This document shows, in pieces, positions 37,438 through 50,665 of a stretch of 64,000 nucleotides of DNA. Location: NCBI RefSeq assembly GCF_006345805.1, contig NC_043005.1:101370001-101434000 (forward strand). Reading direction: 5' to 3'. Numbering within the stretch: position 1 is the stretch's first letter; every line of letters starts with the position of its first letter. This stretch comes from Octopus sinensis. Lineage: Eukaryota. The notes under the pieces are model-generated. The model saw only the letters and a program-made list of their open reading frames with translations. It ran no database searches and had not been told where the DNA came from. Made by a program: the position numbers and the translations under genes.

Positions 37438-40241
37438 GTATATATATATATGTACGCACACACGTAAATGCATATGCATGTATATTCGCATAGACACACA
37501 CACATGCACTCGCGCGCGCGCGATTTCGCCTTGTAGGAATTATATCTTGTGGGGCGGGTGGTGTTGGTGGTGGTGGGCACGGACGAAACTTTGACGTAAT
37601 TATCATCCGTAAAACGTTATAACTGAACGTTTCCTCGGTCTCTCTCTCTCTCTCTCTCGCAACGAGTTTAGCTACTCGAACCGCTTCATTGATTTTACCC
37701 CCCACCACATAAAACCTATTCATTTCAGACACAATAAGTACGGACACCAGTTTTATTCACCTGCTGAAACGAGTCCCCCTCCCCTCTATTTTTATTTATT
37801 TTTTTTTTACCTATTTGTAAATAAACCTTGCTTTTTTTTTAAAGCTCCCCTTTCTCCGACCCTTTTACATTTGCCTGTGTGTCTGCTATATCTTCTACTT
37901 CTATTTCCATCTCTGTTTTTCTTGTGTTGGGAACCTCACCTCCTGTGATGTCTGTTGCTATGGTTATGTATTCTTAATTGCCAATCAAAAAGGAAACCGA
38001 TTTTCTAAACATCTCACCTATTCAGTAAGTTGCGCATTACTTGTGATGATGTGAACCAAGTTCCGTTGGTAGTTTCACTGTAAGAAAGCTAACGAATATA
38101 TTAAATGGACAACGGAACTGTTCTAATGTCTGCTGTTTGTTTTCACTGTGCTTCTCCTTAATTCTTTCTTCAGTTCCGATGCCATCTCTGCTCTGCGATG
38201 GATACATGTAAACATGTCAGTTCATTTTGCACACTTGAAACTTATATTGCTAGAAGCGGGTCGATTTCTATGACTGTTGGTTTCAAAGTGTGAGAATGGA
38301 TAATAAATATACTACGGCATTGCATTTGACGGGACGGTTTCTGCTCCGGAAAAAAAAGAAAGAAAAGAAAGCTGAAGTGGAGGCTATAATCGTGTTACAT
38401 ATTCAGTTCGATCTTGGTCCAGTTCGTAATTAATTGATTCATCAGGTTGTCGCTTGGACAACCTGCTCACATGCTCACACATTTGTGGACCACGCGCTTT
38501 TACACAATGCCGTGTCTACCTAGCTTTGGTCAGTTCCATTATAAAAGTGGAAATTGTTCAACTCGGTCCACTACTTTCCGATCAGCCATTCACTGTAGTT
38601 CATCTGAAGATGTTGTTTCCTCATTCATTTCACCATTCTTCCCCGCCTGACTAATTTTATTTATTGAAAGTAATTAAGCCAATGCCGTGTAGATATTGTA
38701 TTGGTTTGGTTTGCAGTTGTTTAGCAGTGAATTGCCTGCTTGCCACAGCTTGACCAACATAACCAGTAGACCTGCATTATTACTTACTTACTCTCTGCTT
38801 ACATCTGTGACCGTTTTTTTAACCATGCTCCTCCTCTGCGTTTGCCGTTCGCATCACTTACTTCTGCTGCTAGATCTGTGATCTGTCTCTTGTTTTGTTT
38901 TTTTTCTTCTTTTATTTATTTAAATATATACATTTATATTTCTATTTTTCCCTATTTTGTTTTTCTTTTCACTTTTAGAATTAACTAGTGTCTATAACTT
39001 GGCTAGAGCTATTGACTCCTACGGCTGGGCACTATCATATTTTTGGTGTCGGCCACTTTTAACTACTGCATTTAAATCTGAGACCGGTTTCTTGTTACAA
39101 CCAACATACACAGCCGAACTAGGTAGGTAGGTTTATTTTATAATTTATTGCTTTTTTTAATTATTTTATTTTAGTTATTTAGAAGAAGAATTTTAACATT
39201 TTCTTATTTTAATCTTTTTTTTTTTTTTTACAATTGTTTTCTCCATTCGTTCATGAAATAATTACCATGGAATGTTAAATCACCGTTAGAAATAAAGCCT
39301 TATTGCTTCTCTGGTGCAGACCTCGTCGACCGCCTGGATCACAGGTGGTAACAGCCTTCGGCCCCAACGAACCGACTCCGACCCATCCTCATTCTGCCGA
39401 CCGGATCGATATCGGAAACGACAAAACGCGCCCTCCCCCCCCCTCCTTCATCTTAACTTCATTTTTCTTTCCGGTCAGTTTCATCATCATCACCATCATC
39501 ATATCTATTGTTTTAATGTCGCAACTCGACTGCTTTTTCGCTATTACACTTGGTAATCTAATCTATCTTCGGTAGATACTAGCTTTAAGCTATGAGTGCT
39601 GATGAGGGCAATTATTCGAAATGGAGAAATCTTTCCATTTTGGCCTGGCATTTAGCAAATGATTCCTAAGAATTAGACACTTTTTCCAAGTCACAGCGTC
39701 AATTGGTTTTAGAAATAACCACTTGGAGAAGATTTCCTGGTGCTTTTGATACATCTCCCAGTCAATCCCGGTCTGTTTTTTTCTTTTTCTCACAGTTACA
39801 CTTTAGCACCTTTTTCAAAAACACCTACTGGTTTAATACATTCTCTCCATTCCTTTATTTACACAATAAAAGATAAATACAAGAACAAAATCGACTCTCT
39901 CTATTCTAAGTTGCTTAGAACATTTGATAAGGGCTAATTCTGATCCCTTGTAAATAACTTTTACTATATATATATATATATATGGTAAATGTATGTATTT
40001 CTTTAAAACAAATGCTTCTATTTATTCTTATATTATTAAATAAGTGCTAGAATGTTTGGGTACCTGTCTGATAGGCTGCCTTCTTACTTGGGTTTTATCC
40101 TCCCAATTTCTGATTAGGTGAAGGAAGCCAGCATTCGCTGCCTGCTCATATTCTTCTGAAATCTGCCAAGCATGTCTGCATATATTTTGTTAGTTGGGCG
40201 ATGCTAACAGTCGGTGATACTGCAGAAGTGCGCCTCGCTAG

Positions 40242-40343
40242 TATAAAAGACGTGTGAGAGTAGTATTACTAGTAGTTGCAGTATGTATCTTCTTCACTGC
40301 ATCTCCACTGTGGCCTTCATCTTCTCTCAGCAGCAGCAGCACC
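40242..40343 (+). promoter_or_regulatory. TATA box plus candidate short first exon
   Basis: TATAAAAG at 40242-49, possible start ~40270, donor ACC|GTAAGA at 40343/40344. Confidence 0.4.
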
Positions 40344-41487
40344 GTAAGATTCAGTGACCAGAAACCCGTCTTGTATATAATAAACCGTTGCAGCAGCAGC
40401 AGTAGTAGTAGTCATAGTAGTAGTTGTTGTTGCAGAGATAGCAGCATTACAACTGCCGCCGCCGCCGCTCCTTGTTACTGCTACTACTTCGATTACTGCT
40501 GCTACAACTAGTAGTTGCATTATAATTGGTAGTGGTAGTAGTGGTAGTGGTGTTTTCAATATCGATGATAGGAGAGTGGCGGCTGCCGGTCGGCCAGTGT
40601 AAGGGCGGAGGGAGAGAGAGTGACGGGGTACAACCTGATAATGATGCACGTTCTCATTGGCTCACACTGAGTTTCTTTAGAACAGTTTTCCTCCCTTCGA
40701 TGCATTCTCGTGAGGTATTTATTGAGGTCATTGCTACTGTTGTCATTCATTCAATTATTGATTCCTGTCGTCTTCTTCGTCATCGTCGACCTCTTGCTGC
40801 TGCTACTGCTGCTACTACTATTACTACTACTACTACTGCTGGGGAGAACTGTACTTAGTCGCCGTTCGTTGCCTTAAAATTGCAGCCGTAGATTTACCAC
40901 GGGATAAATTTTACCAAATGCAGGTTGGTTCTACATTTGTAAGGGTTGGCATTGTAATTTGTTACACGAGATTGTTGTTCAGGTGTTTTCCTTCTTCTTC
41001 TTTGTCTCTTCTTTTTATTCAGGTGAATGTTGATCTGCTTGAGCAGACGAGAGAGGCTTAACACTGAACAAAGAATCTCTCTTCTCCTTCTTCATTGCTT
41101 AACTTGCCTTTTTCACTTGGATTCAACACACATACACACACCTGCATATAAAGAAGTAAAGCATTCTTTGCGTGGTTTCCTCTCTTCCTAATTCTTGTCT
41201 ATTAAAACCTTTCGCAACCATCGCATTATTCAACTATTCCCTGCACTCTAAAACCGTTCCTTACTGTTTATCCTCTTGGAGTTCCTCTAATTAAATGTTG
41301 AATTCCTCGCTTTTGCATAAAGATATCTAAGGAGTGAACAACTTACAGCTAGCAAAGATTCCTCAAGATGTCTTCTTGCTCTCGTTTCTCTCTCTTAATC
41401 TAGTAAAACGCCGTCACAGCTTCCCCATGTTTTTGGTGTATTTTTCTTTATTCTATTTTCTATTTCTTATTTTTTTTCTTTCTTTAA

Positions 41488-41766
<279 letters not shown>

Positions 41767-42299
41767 TAGTAAAAGCCACGCTGAACAATACTACAGATGG
41801 TTTGAAGTCGATTATTCTCTTTAGCAAAATTTCGTTTCAATTTTGGCTTTCTATGATGCTTTCCACTCGGTAATTCGGTTTCAATATCTTCTTTGTTAAA
41901 GAAAATGCTTTCTCTCTCTCATCTCACCGCTATTATCTCTCTCTTCAGTATCTTTCTGTGTCTCATCATTTGCTTCTCTGTTTCCCCTCACAAGTGTATC
42001 CTAGTTGCGTTTCCACTCGATAGCATTGCTGTCTGTCAAGTGATTATTTTTGTTGTAGTAACCATTCTTCATTTACTAAATATTCTGTTTAGAAATGATG
42101 CTAAGTAATGTTTAATTGATGACAGGTGGCTATGTTTAGCTGACTGACTGTTCTAGCCTCAGGCTTGACCAATTTCCTTTAACAGCCTTCATCACGCCAC
42201 ATACTACAGTAACTTGATTTTCTGCTATCAATCTGCCAGCATTGAAGCTACATGGTTTTACTGTAGACCACCACACTGCAAACAGCACTAGATATTTCT

Positions 42300-42304
42300 T
42301 GGCT

Positions 42305-42339
<35 letters not shown>

Positions 42340-45290
42340 CACATTCTTGTTTGCACTCTCGTTATATTCTCTCTCTCTCTCTCTCTCTCCCACGTCACAT
42401 CATCATTTCCTCTCTATCTCTTCTATAGTCTCTGAATCATTATCCTCTCATCATTCACACACTCTCTCTTTTATCTTTTATTCTGTCGCTCCTTCTTCTG
42501 CTCTCTATCTCTTTCCCATTTTCACTTTCTCTTAACTGCCATTTTCATCCTCTCTTATTTCTCATTCTCTCTCTCTCTCCCACTCTCATCCTCATTTCAT
42601 TTCTCTCTATCTTAAATGCCATTTCAAATATTAATTATCTCATAATTATTCTTCTTTTTCACATATTCATTCATTTTCTCCCTTCCATTTTCAGTTTCTT
42701 TCTTTTGCATCATCAGTCTTTTTCTTTATTCTTTTTTCTCTCTCTCTCCCATCTTTATTCTTCGTCTTTCCTCATCCTCCCTCCAATCTCTCATTTTTAC
42801 AATATTCTTTTTCTTTTAGTGTTTCTTTCTCCTCATTCTCTCGCTTTCATCTCTACTTTCGGTTTCTCTCTCTCATCTCCACTTTCACTTTTGTTTCCAC
42901 TCTGCTCAAATTTTCTTTCTCTCTATCTTCATTCTCTCTCTCTCCCCTATATCCATTTTCTCTCTCATTTTTAATCTCCATTTTTGCATTCTGTCTCTCC
43001 CTCCTTTCTTATCCTTGTTTCGCCTCTCTCTTTCTCTTTTCTTCATTCTCTCTCCTATCCTCATTCACCCATTCTCATTCCCTTCTCTCAGGCTGTAATT
43101 TTTCACTTTAATTTTCCATTTCCTATCTTCCCTTCAGTCTCACTAAATTTTACTATTTTCATTCTCTCCCTCCCTCCATTCTCTCTCTTCTTTCCCTTTT
43201 CTATGCCATCTTTGTCTCTTTAATCTTCATCATTCTCTCTCTCTCCCTCTCTCCACCACATCCTCATTCATTCTCCCTCACATCTCCATACTTACTCTCT
43301 TTTTCTCAATCGTTACTCCTCTCCTTTCTGATCTGCCTTTAATCTTTCCCACTCTTGTAGTTTCCTTTTTATTGTCTTCTCATTTTCGGTCTCCTGCCCC
43401 CCCCCCATTCCACATTTCCTATCTTCATTCCTTAACTCTCCCTCCCATTTTCTCTCAGTAACTCATTTTCTCCCCCCTTTTTTTTTTGCTGTTCAATTCA
43501 CATTCTCTCTCTCTCTCTCTCTCCCTCCCTCCTCCTGTTGTTCATTCTTCTGCTGCTCTTCTCTCTATCTCTCTCTCTCTCTCTCCCCATCTTCATACTC
43601 TTCCATTTCTGTATTCAGTTTCTCCCCACCTCATCATCTCCAGCTTTCCCTGTTTTCTCCCTCTCTCTCTTTCCTTTAATTCTTTCACTCTCTCCTCCAC
43701 CCTAATGCATTCACCCTGCCTTTCCCTGATCTTCATTCAATACTCCCTCTTCCCTGCCTTCATTCATTCTCTTTCTCCCTGTCTTCATTCATTCCCTCTC
43801 TCCCCTGTCTTCATTCATTCCCTCTCTCCCCTGTCTTCATTCATTCCCTCTCTCCCCTGTCTTCATTCTCTCTTTCTGTCTTCATTCTCTCATTTTTCTA
43901 TCTTCATTCTCTCTTTTCTGTCTTCATTCATTCTCTCTCTCTTTCCCTTTCTTCATTCATTCATTCTCTCTCTTTCCTTTCTTCATTCATTCATTCTCTC
44001 TCTTTCCTTTCTTCATTCATTCATTCTCTCTCTTTCCTTTCTTCATTCATTCTCTCTCTTCCTGTTCTTCATTCATTCTCTTCCCTATCCTCATTCATTC
44101 ATTATCTTTCTTATTCTCATTCATTCACTTTTCTATCCTCATTCATTCTCTTTCCTATCCTCATTCATTCATTATCTTTCTTATTCTCATTCATTCTCTT
44201 TCCTATCCTCATTCATTCACACTCTCCCCTGTCTTCATTCATTCTCTCTCTCTCCCTTGTCTTCATTCATTCTCTCTCTCTCCCTTGTCTTCATTCATTC
44301 TCTCTCTCTCTCTCTCCCCTGTCTTCATTCATTCTCTCTCTCTCTCTCTCTCCCCTGTCTTCATTCATTCCTCTCTCTCTCTCTCTCTCTCTCTTGTCTT
44401 CATTCATTCTTTCTCTCTCTTCCTTGTCTTCATTCATTCTTTCTCTCTCTTCCTTGTCTTCATTCATTCTCTCACTCCCTTCCTTATCTTCATTCATTCT
44501 CTCTCTCTCCCTTCCTTATCTTCGTTCTCTCTCTCTCTCTCCATTCTCCCTTACTCTTTTTTTTTTTTTACTCATTCTCTGTCTCTATCATATCTTCTCC
44601 CTCTCCTTATTCCCTCACATTCTTTCTTCATTCTGTCTCTCTTTAATCTTCATTCTTTCTCACATCTGTTTATATTCTCTCTCTCTCTCTCTCTCTCTCT
44701 CATTCTTTTCCTCATTACTTTTCACTTCATTCTCTCATCACGATCCCTTTCTTTTCTTGTTTTCCCTTTCTTTCCTCTCTGCCTCATTCTTTTCACTCTC
44801 CCATCCTCCGCATCATATCTTTTCTCTTTCCTGTCATTTTCTTTTCTTCTTTTTTTCTTCCTGTCAGTTTACTCATCCTTCTCTTATATTTATCTTCCAT
44901 TTTCACTGCTTTTCTCTTTTCAAATTTCTTCCCCTCACTCGTTATAATTCCATATCTTATTTCTACTCTTATTTCTCTCTCTCTCTCTCTCTCTCACGTT
45001 CATCCTTTCACTCTGTTCTTCATTCCATCTTATTTTCCCTGTGCCTTACTCTTAATCGTAAATTTCTGAGTATTTCCCTGATTTTTCATTTGCAACTTCT
45101 TTGTCTCTGTTATTTTCCACTCCCTGTTGTTGCCTGTTCCACCAAAGGTGGTTCTGTTTCTCGTTCCGATTGTTTCCCTCACTAGACACCATTTTCTCTC
45201 TCTCTCTCTCTCTCTCTGCTCTACGTAGATATTTATAAATCATCTTTGTTTTTCTGTTTGCTTTTTCCGTTTGCTTTTTCCCTTTTCGAG
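42300..45290 (+). repeat. ~3-kb pyrimidine-rich tract with a TCTTCATTCATTC(TC)n minisatellite core (~43730-44520)
   Basis: Directly visible: about 25 units of 25-35 nt in the core. Confidence 0.95.
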
Positions 45291-47407
45291 CAGGGTTAAC
45301 AAAAAGTCATTCATGCAGTGCATTATGCCTGAACGCTCTTTCTGTTGCCAACACTTGTTATCTATGAGAGAGAGAGAGATTTTAGTATTCCATTAGTCTT
45401 TGCAGAATGTGAGACATTTTGACGAGAACATTTCAAAACACTATGATGGCTTCTGCTTGTGTAGTGAACGAAAGGCCTACTCAGAAGCACCAATATATGT
45501 AATATCAATATTATTCAAGCATTCCTTCTCTTTTTCTCTTTCTCAATTTGAAGACTACAAAAAAAAAAGAAAAAAAAAAGAAATCTTGTGCAAATAAAAT
45601 GATTTAATTCTAAAATACAGACTTTTTCCCCCAAATTAACATATGTACAAATAACTCAATACTTACACACTTAATCCAAAACACTTTATATACATACTTT
45701 GTGAGAATATCTCGAGGCACACACACAAAGCTATAAAGAATAGCATTTAAATATTGGGCTGAAAAATTCTGTTTAGATAGAAAACATTGAAAGTTGCTCA
45801 TGGGACTTTGACTTTTTCCTCTTTCCAAAAGGGTTTTTCAACACAGTATTTGCATAACTTCATGTGGGTGCTTGAAGATATTCCCCAAAACAATTAGTTC
45901 ACTTTCTCTCGAAAGGTTTTATAAAATTCCTTTGACATCAACAATATATATGTCCATTATTATATCAGTATAGATGGATAGATATGTGTATGTATATATA
46001 TATATATCTAATATATATATATATACACACACACATATACAAATTTGTAAATTCATATATATGTGTGTTTGTGCATGTGTATTTATGTGTATATATGTAA
46101 ATTTGTATGCATGTAGTTATGTGTGTGAGTGTATATATGGATATATCTATCAGTGAACATGCATGTATATATACATACACACATCTTCATAAATTTATGT
46201 ATACATATTTATCCAAAAGAAATATGCATATATATGTATATAAAATGTGTATGTATGTGTGTGTGTAATATATATATACGTCTACATTTATATATAAAAT
46301 GTATTAAGAGTATCATTTTGGAGACTGCAACTTGTGTTTCATCTTCCCTGAATGATATATCCTTGTGCTTAGGTCCAAACTTTCCTCACTTTCTCTTCCT
46401 ATCTTCAGGTTATTCTGAGCTTGAAACATGTACCCTGCTAACATGAGATTTTGTGAGAAAGAACGTTAACAGTAACAAAAACTACTTTGTTACTGAATGG
46501 AGTTTCTTGACTGAATGAATTTTCTGTTTGGAAAGAGCATTAAGTTGGTTGCATGTAGAGACAGAGAGGTTACAGCTTCAACTAAGCAAGACTATATATA
46601 TTTCTCCATGCTTGAATCTGATGATGTCTCCAAGATCATGAGATACTGTATATAAGATAATATAACTGCTAAAGAAACTAATTTAATATACTGATCCTAT
46701 CAACAAGCAAACAAACTAGACACATACATTTATGCATATATATGTGTATATAGTTAGCTATATTTGTATATATGAATATATATATATATGAGTGTGTGCG
46801 TGTATGTACATAAAGAAATGTATAGGTATACATATATGTGCATGTATATATATATCTGTATGTATAAGTGTGTGTGTGTATATATTGTATATATTCACAT
46901 ACATTTGTTTATGTATGCATGTGTGTGTGTATGTATACATACACACACACATACATAAAAGTATCACAGCAACTGTCTGATAAATGGTCACGTGAAACGC
47001 TGGGTAACAGCTTGTGAAGATTTTTTTTTTTTTTTATCCAGCTTTAATGACTAGTAGATGCGTGTGTGTGTGTATTCAAAATATTTATATCTTTTCTTAT
47101 TCTGACAAAGATTAGAATAAGTAAATTATCGATACATTGTTTTACATCTAGATATCAGTCACGCACCCTTACCTACTTTTGTAGTAAAGAATCACTTATT
47201 TCACATCTTGAAAAGTACAAATAATTTTCTAATGGACTAAATTAAATCAATGTAACCATATATAATTTAGATAATTTTTGAATAAGCACAAAGAAATATA
47301 AAAGGAAACATGGAGGAATTTGGGTGCATACAAACTCACTTGCATTTATGTGTATGTGTGTATGCTATAAGGAAGAGTGGGAGAGAGATGTATACAGTGT
47401 GTAATAC

Positions 47408-47455
<48 letters not shown>

Positions 47456-47899
47456 TTAAAATGAGGGTGAGAAATTAGATATTAATTTAATTAACATCGA
47501 TTTCACACCAGTGGTCTAGCATATAAAAAAAGCTGATATGTATATATATATATAATGTACACACACGGACTTAGAGTAGGCTTTATTCAGTTTCTGTTCA
47601 CTAAATCTTTTGATGAATCTATGGTTAGCTTGTAGCTATATTAGAAAGCTCTTGTCCATGATGGAGATGTGTGACACTGAATATAAAATCTTATGGTTGC
47701 GAAGCGAGTGTCTTAACCAAACAGCCATGCCTGCACCTAATGTGTCTGTGTGTGCATGCGTATGTTTGTATGTATATATATGTGTGTATGTATGTATGTA
47801 TGTGTGTGTGTGTGTGTACTTGTGTATACATACACACATGTACAATAAATTTATATATGTTTGTGCGTGCATCAGTTGGCCCTTCCTCTCTCTATATAT

Positions 47900-48320
47900 A
47901 TATGGGACTTGTAATGAATATCCTTGTGCACCACAGTTCTGATAGTCCGTTCCATCTGAAGTTCTTTGATGATGGCCCTCATTGACTTTTCTGAGATCAT
48001 TGATAATTTTCAAACCTGTTGAATGAATTGCAGGACCCTTATAGTTTCCCATCATTTAGGATTCTTTTTCATTTTACATTTATTTATTTATTTATTGATA
48101 CAATTGAAATATCCTCACCAGATGCTTCAAATTCATTTCTGAACTTTTATGTACAAAAGATCTTGCAACATTTAGAAAGTTGGCAATTTCAAAGTTGCTG
48201 TGTTCGGCTCTCATGGCAACAGAGGCTGCCTGTCTTTTCAATTCTTGTATTAGTATTTTATCAACTGTGGAGTCTGAAAGAAATAAAAAGTCTTTTAATT
48301 GGTTTGAAGAGAGAAATACA
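47900..48320 (-). mobile_element. Tc1/mariner (maT-like) transposase N-terminal remnant
   Basis: Minus strand reads KRQAASVAMRAEHSNFEIANFLNVARSFVHKVQK (HTH-like). Confidence 0.65.
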
Positions 48321-48415
48321 CTGGTAGTGTCCTCAAATACCCTTTGTTCTCTGTATGTGTATATGTGTCTATGAAATATTTATAGGAGTCTATTTGTATA
48401 TCTATGTACATGTAT

Positions 48416-48449
<34 letters not shown>

Positions 48450-49964
48450 GTAGGTCCCGGGTTGATCCGGGGTTAACCACAGTAAGTAAGGTACTCAATA
48501 CATAGCAGAGTAAAATTAATTTATTATATAGAAGGAGCTTCTACAGGACTAGTACTGTTTCATTCAAGAGAAATCTTATATATATATATATATGTATGTG
48601 TATATATATATATATGTATGTGTATATATATATATATGTATGTGTATATATATATATATAAAAGTAATGTCTTTTATACATATTTGATATGTCTGTATGT
48701 ATATCTGAGTGTGTATGTTTCCTGTCTGTCTATGCATGTATGTTTTTCTTCCTCTGTATTTATCAACATCTCTGTGCTCTCATTACTGACGTGTACACTG
48801 TGTCATTATGCTCTGAATCAGTTCACAAATCACCTGACTACTTCATTATTTCGATTAGCACTTACCATCTATGTCATGCATTTCGATTTTGGCTCAGTTT
48901 ATCACCAACTTTTTTACAGATTGTATTTCGTGCATTTTATTCTCGTGTCAGCCTTAGTGACAATGTTTTAGCCTTTGACAAACTAAAGAGTCCTCTCTAT
49001 GTTATGTTGTCTTCCATTGTTTGTCAACCACTTAATGGACAGTTTTTGTTCAGTTTTTCATGACACCCACACTATTGAAGTTGCCTTGTGTCACTAATGG
49101 TTTGGGAGTCCACGCTACTTTATGTAGTGTGAATTACAACATGGTAACCTGTTCAGAAGTTTGTAGTGGCAGAAGAATGAAACATGAATATGGGTGGCGA
49201 AAGAGGGCACCCAGTTGTTATATTGGTAAACATAGGTTGATGGTAAAGAGGTGTGGAAATGATCAGTGATAAACAGAAGTGGAGTTGGTGACGGTAGGAG
49301 TGAGTGAGTGATGGATGTAAATAGAAAGTGGCTCAAGGAAGAGGGAGTGATGGCTGGCAGTACAGAGCAGGGTGCACTGTTATGTGTTTTGCCTAAATTA
49401 ATTATACAGCCAGAAGTGAAAAGAAAGAAAAAAAAGTGAGAAGGGTGTGTTGTAGGAGAATGATTTGGGATGAAAGTGTGTTGCAGAGGACGGGGCTTGG
49501 CCTGTGCAGTCAACTGCTATATCTAGCAAAGGGCTGATATACGTGCATCTGCCATCCCATCTCCATCTCTTTCATTTTCACTATCCATAATACCACGCAT
49601 TCAGGATGCGACCATCCTGAATGCGTATTGCATATTACTGGTCTACATGCTCTTTTTGTCTTGACCTCCACATAGCTCAGCTTCATGTGATCAATCATCA
49701 CTTCATTTTTGTGGTTCACCTAGCTTCCCTTTTTTTCACAGCTTCATTCAGCTACGGACCCCTTGCAATTCTTTGTCCAGCTGTCATCTTCCATATGCAT
49801 CACTTATCTTTACAAGTAGTCTTCTCTATTACTCTCAATTTTTCCCTCGGTTCATTTGTACTTCATCACATGACACGTGTGTGTGTATGAAATACGCCTT
49901 AGTATATCTATGTGTTTGTATATATATATATATATATATACATACATACACACACAATATATTT

Positions 49965-50317
49965 TATCTTTTACTTGTTTATCCTTTGACAGCAGTCATG
50001 CTGGAGCACCACCTCGAAGGGTTTCAATTGAACAAATTGACTCCATCAGTTTCTTTCGCCAATTAAATTACAGGTACAAACCTATACCTATTGTCAAATA
50101 TTGGTAGGGATACAAACACAGTTACATATCTATCTATCTATCTGTATATATGTATAATGATGGGCTTCCACACAGTTTCCATCTACCATATTCACTCATA
50201 AGGCATTGATTAACCCAGGGCTTTAGTTGAAGATATTCAAGGTGCCACATAGTAGGACTGAACCTGAAACTATGTTGCAAGGCAAACTTCTTAACCACAC
50301 GGCTGTGGCTGCACCTT
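49965..50317 (-). mobile_element. SINE family A, degenerate, intronic
   Basis: ttttacttgttt...catgctggagcaccacc...ttcttaaccacacggctgtggctgcacc. Confidence 0.8.
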
Positions 50318-50616
50318 TATTCTAGACACGTACCTACATACACAGGTATATACATACATACATATACACACATTTTCAAAATGTAACCACATGTGAATTG
50401 TTGGCAATTTTTTTTTTCCTGTTTTTTTTTTCCCTCTGTCTTCCTTTTTCTATTGGACTTTCCTCTGTTTCTGAACAAGATCTTTACTTGAAATGTTAAA
50501 CCATCTTTCTTTCCTTCCCTGAGTGTCTGCTAATACTTTACATGTACCATGTCCTCATGTTGTTGTTTTTTGTGTTTGTTCTTCGTTTTTTGGGGATTTA
50601 CTAATATATATATATG

Positions 50617-50665
<49 letters not shown>

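Noticed and set aside
37960-37968. ATGGTTATG (MVM) resembling a vertebrate HuD N-terminus
   Set aside because: No donor follows in the required phase and the frame stops at TAA 37975-77; probably coincidence.
39045-39074. Small hairpin ggctgggcacta...tggtgtcggcc as a pre-miRNA
   Set aside because: The stem is only ~11 bp with a bulge and G-U pairs, too short for a miRNA precursor.
43486-45185. Long ORFs of 386, 220 and 263 aa
   Set aside because: They are open only because the C/T-rich repeat lacks stop codons; the products are low-complexity S/L/F/H/I with no domain or splice support.
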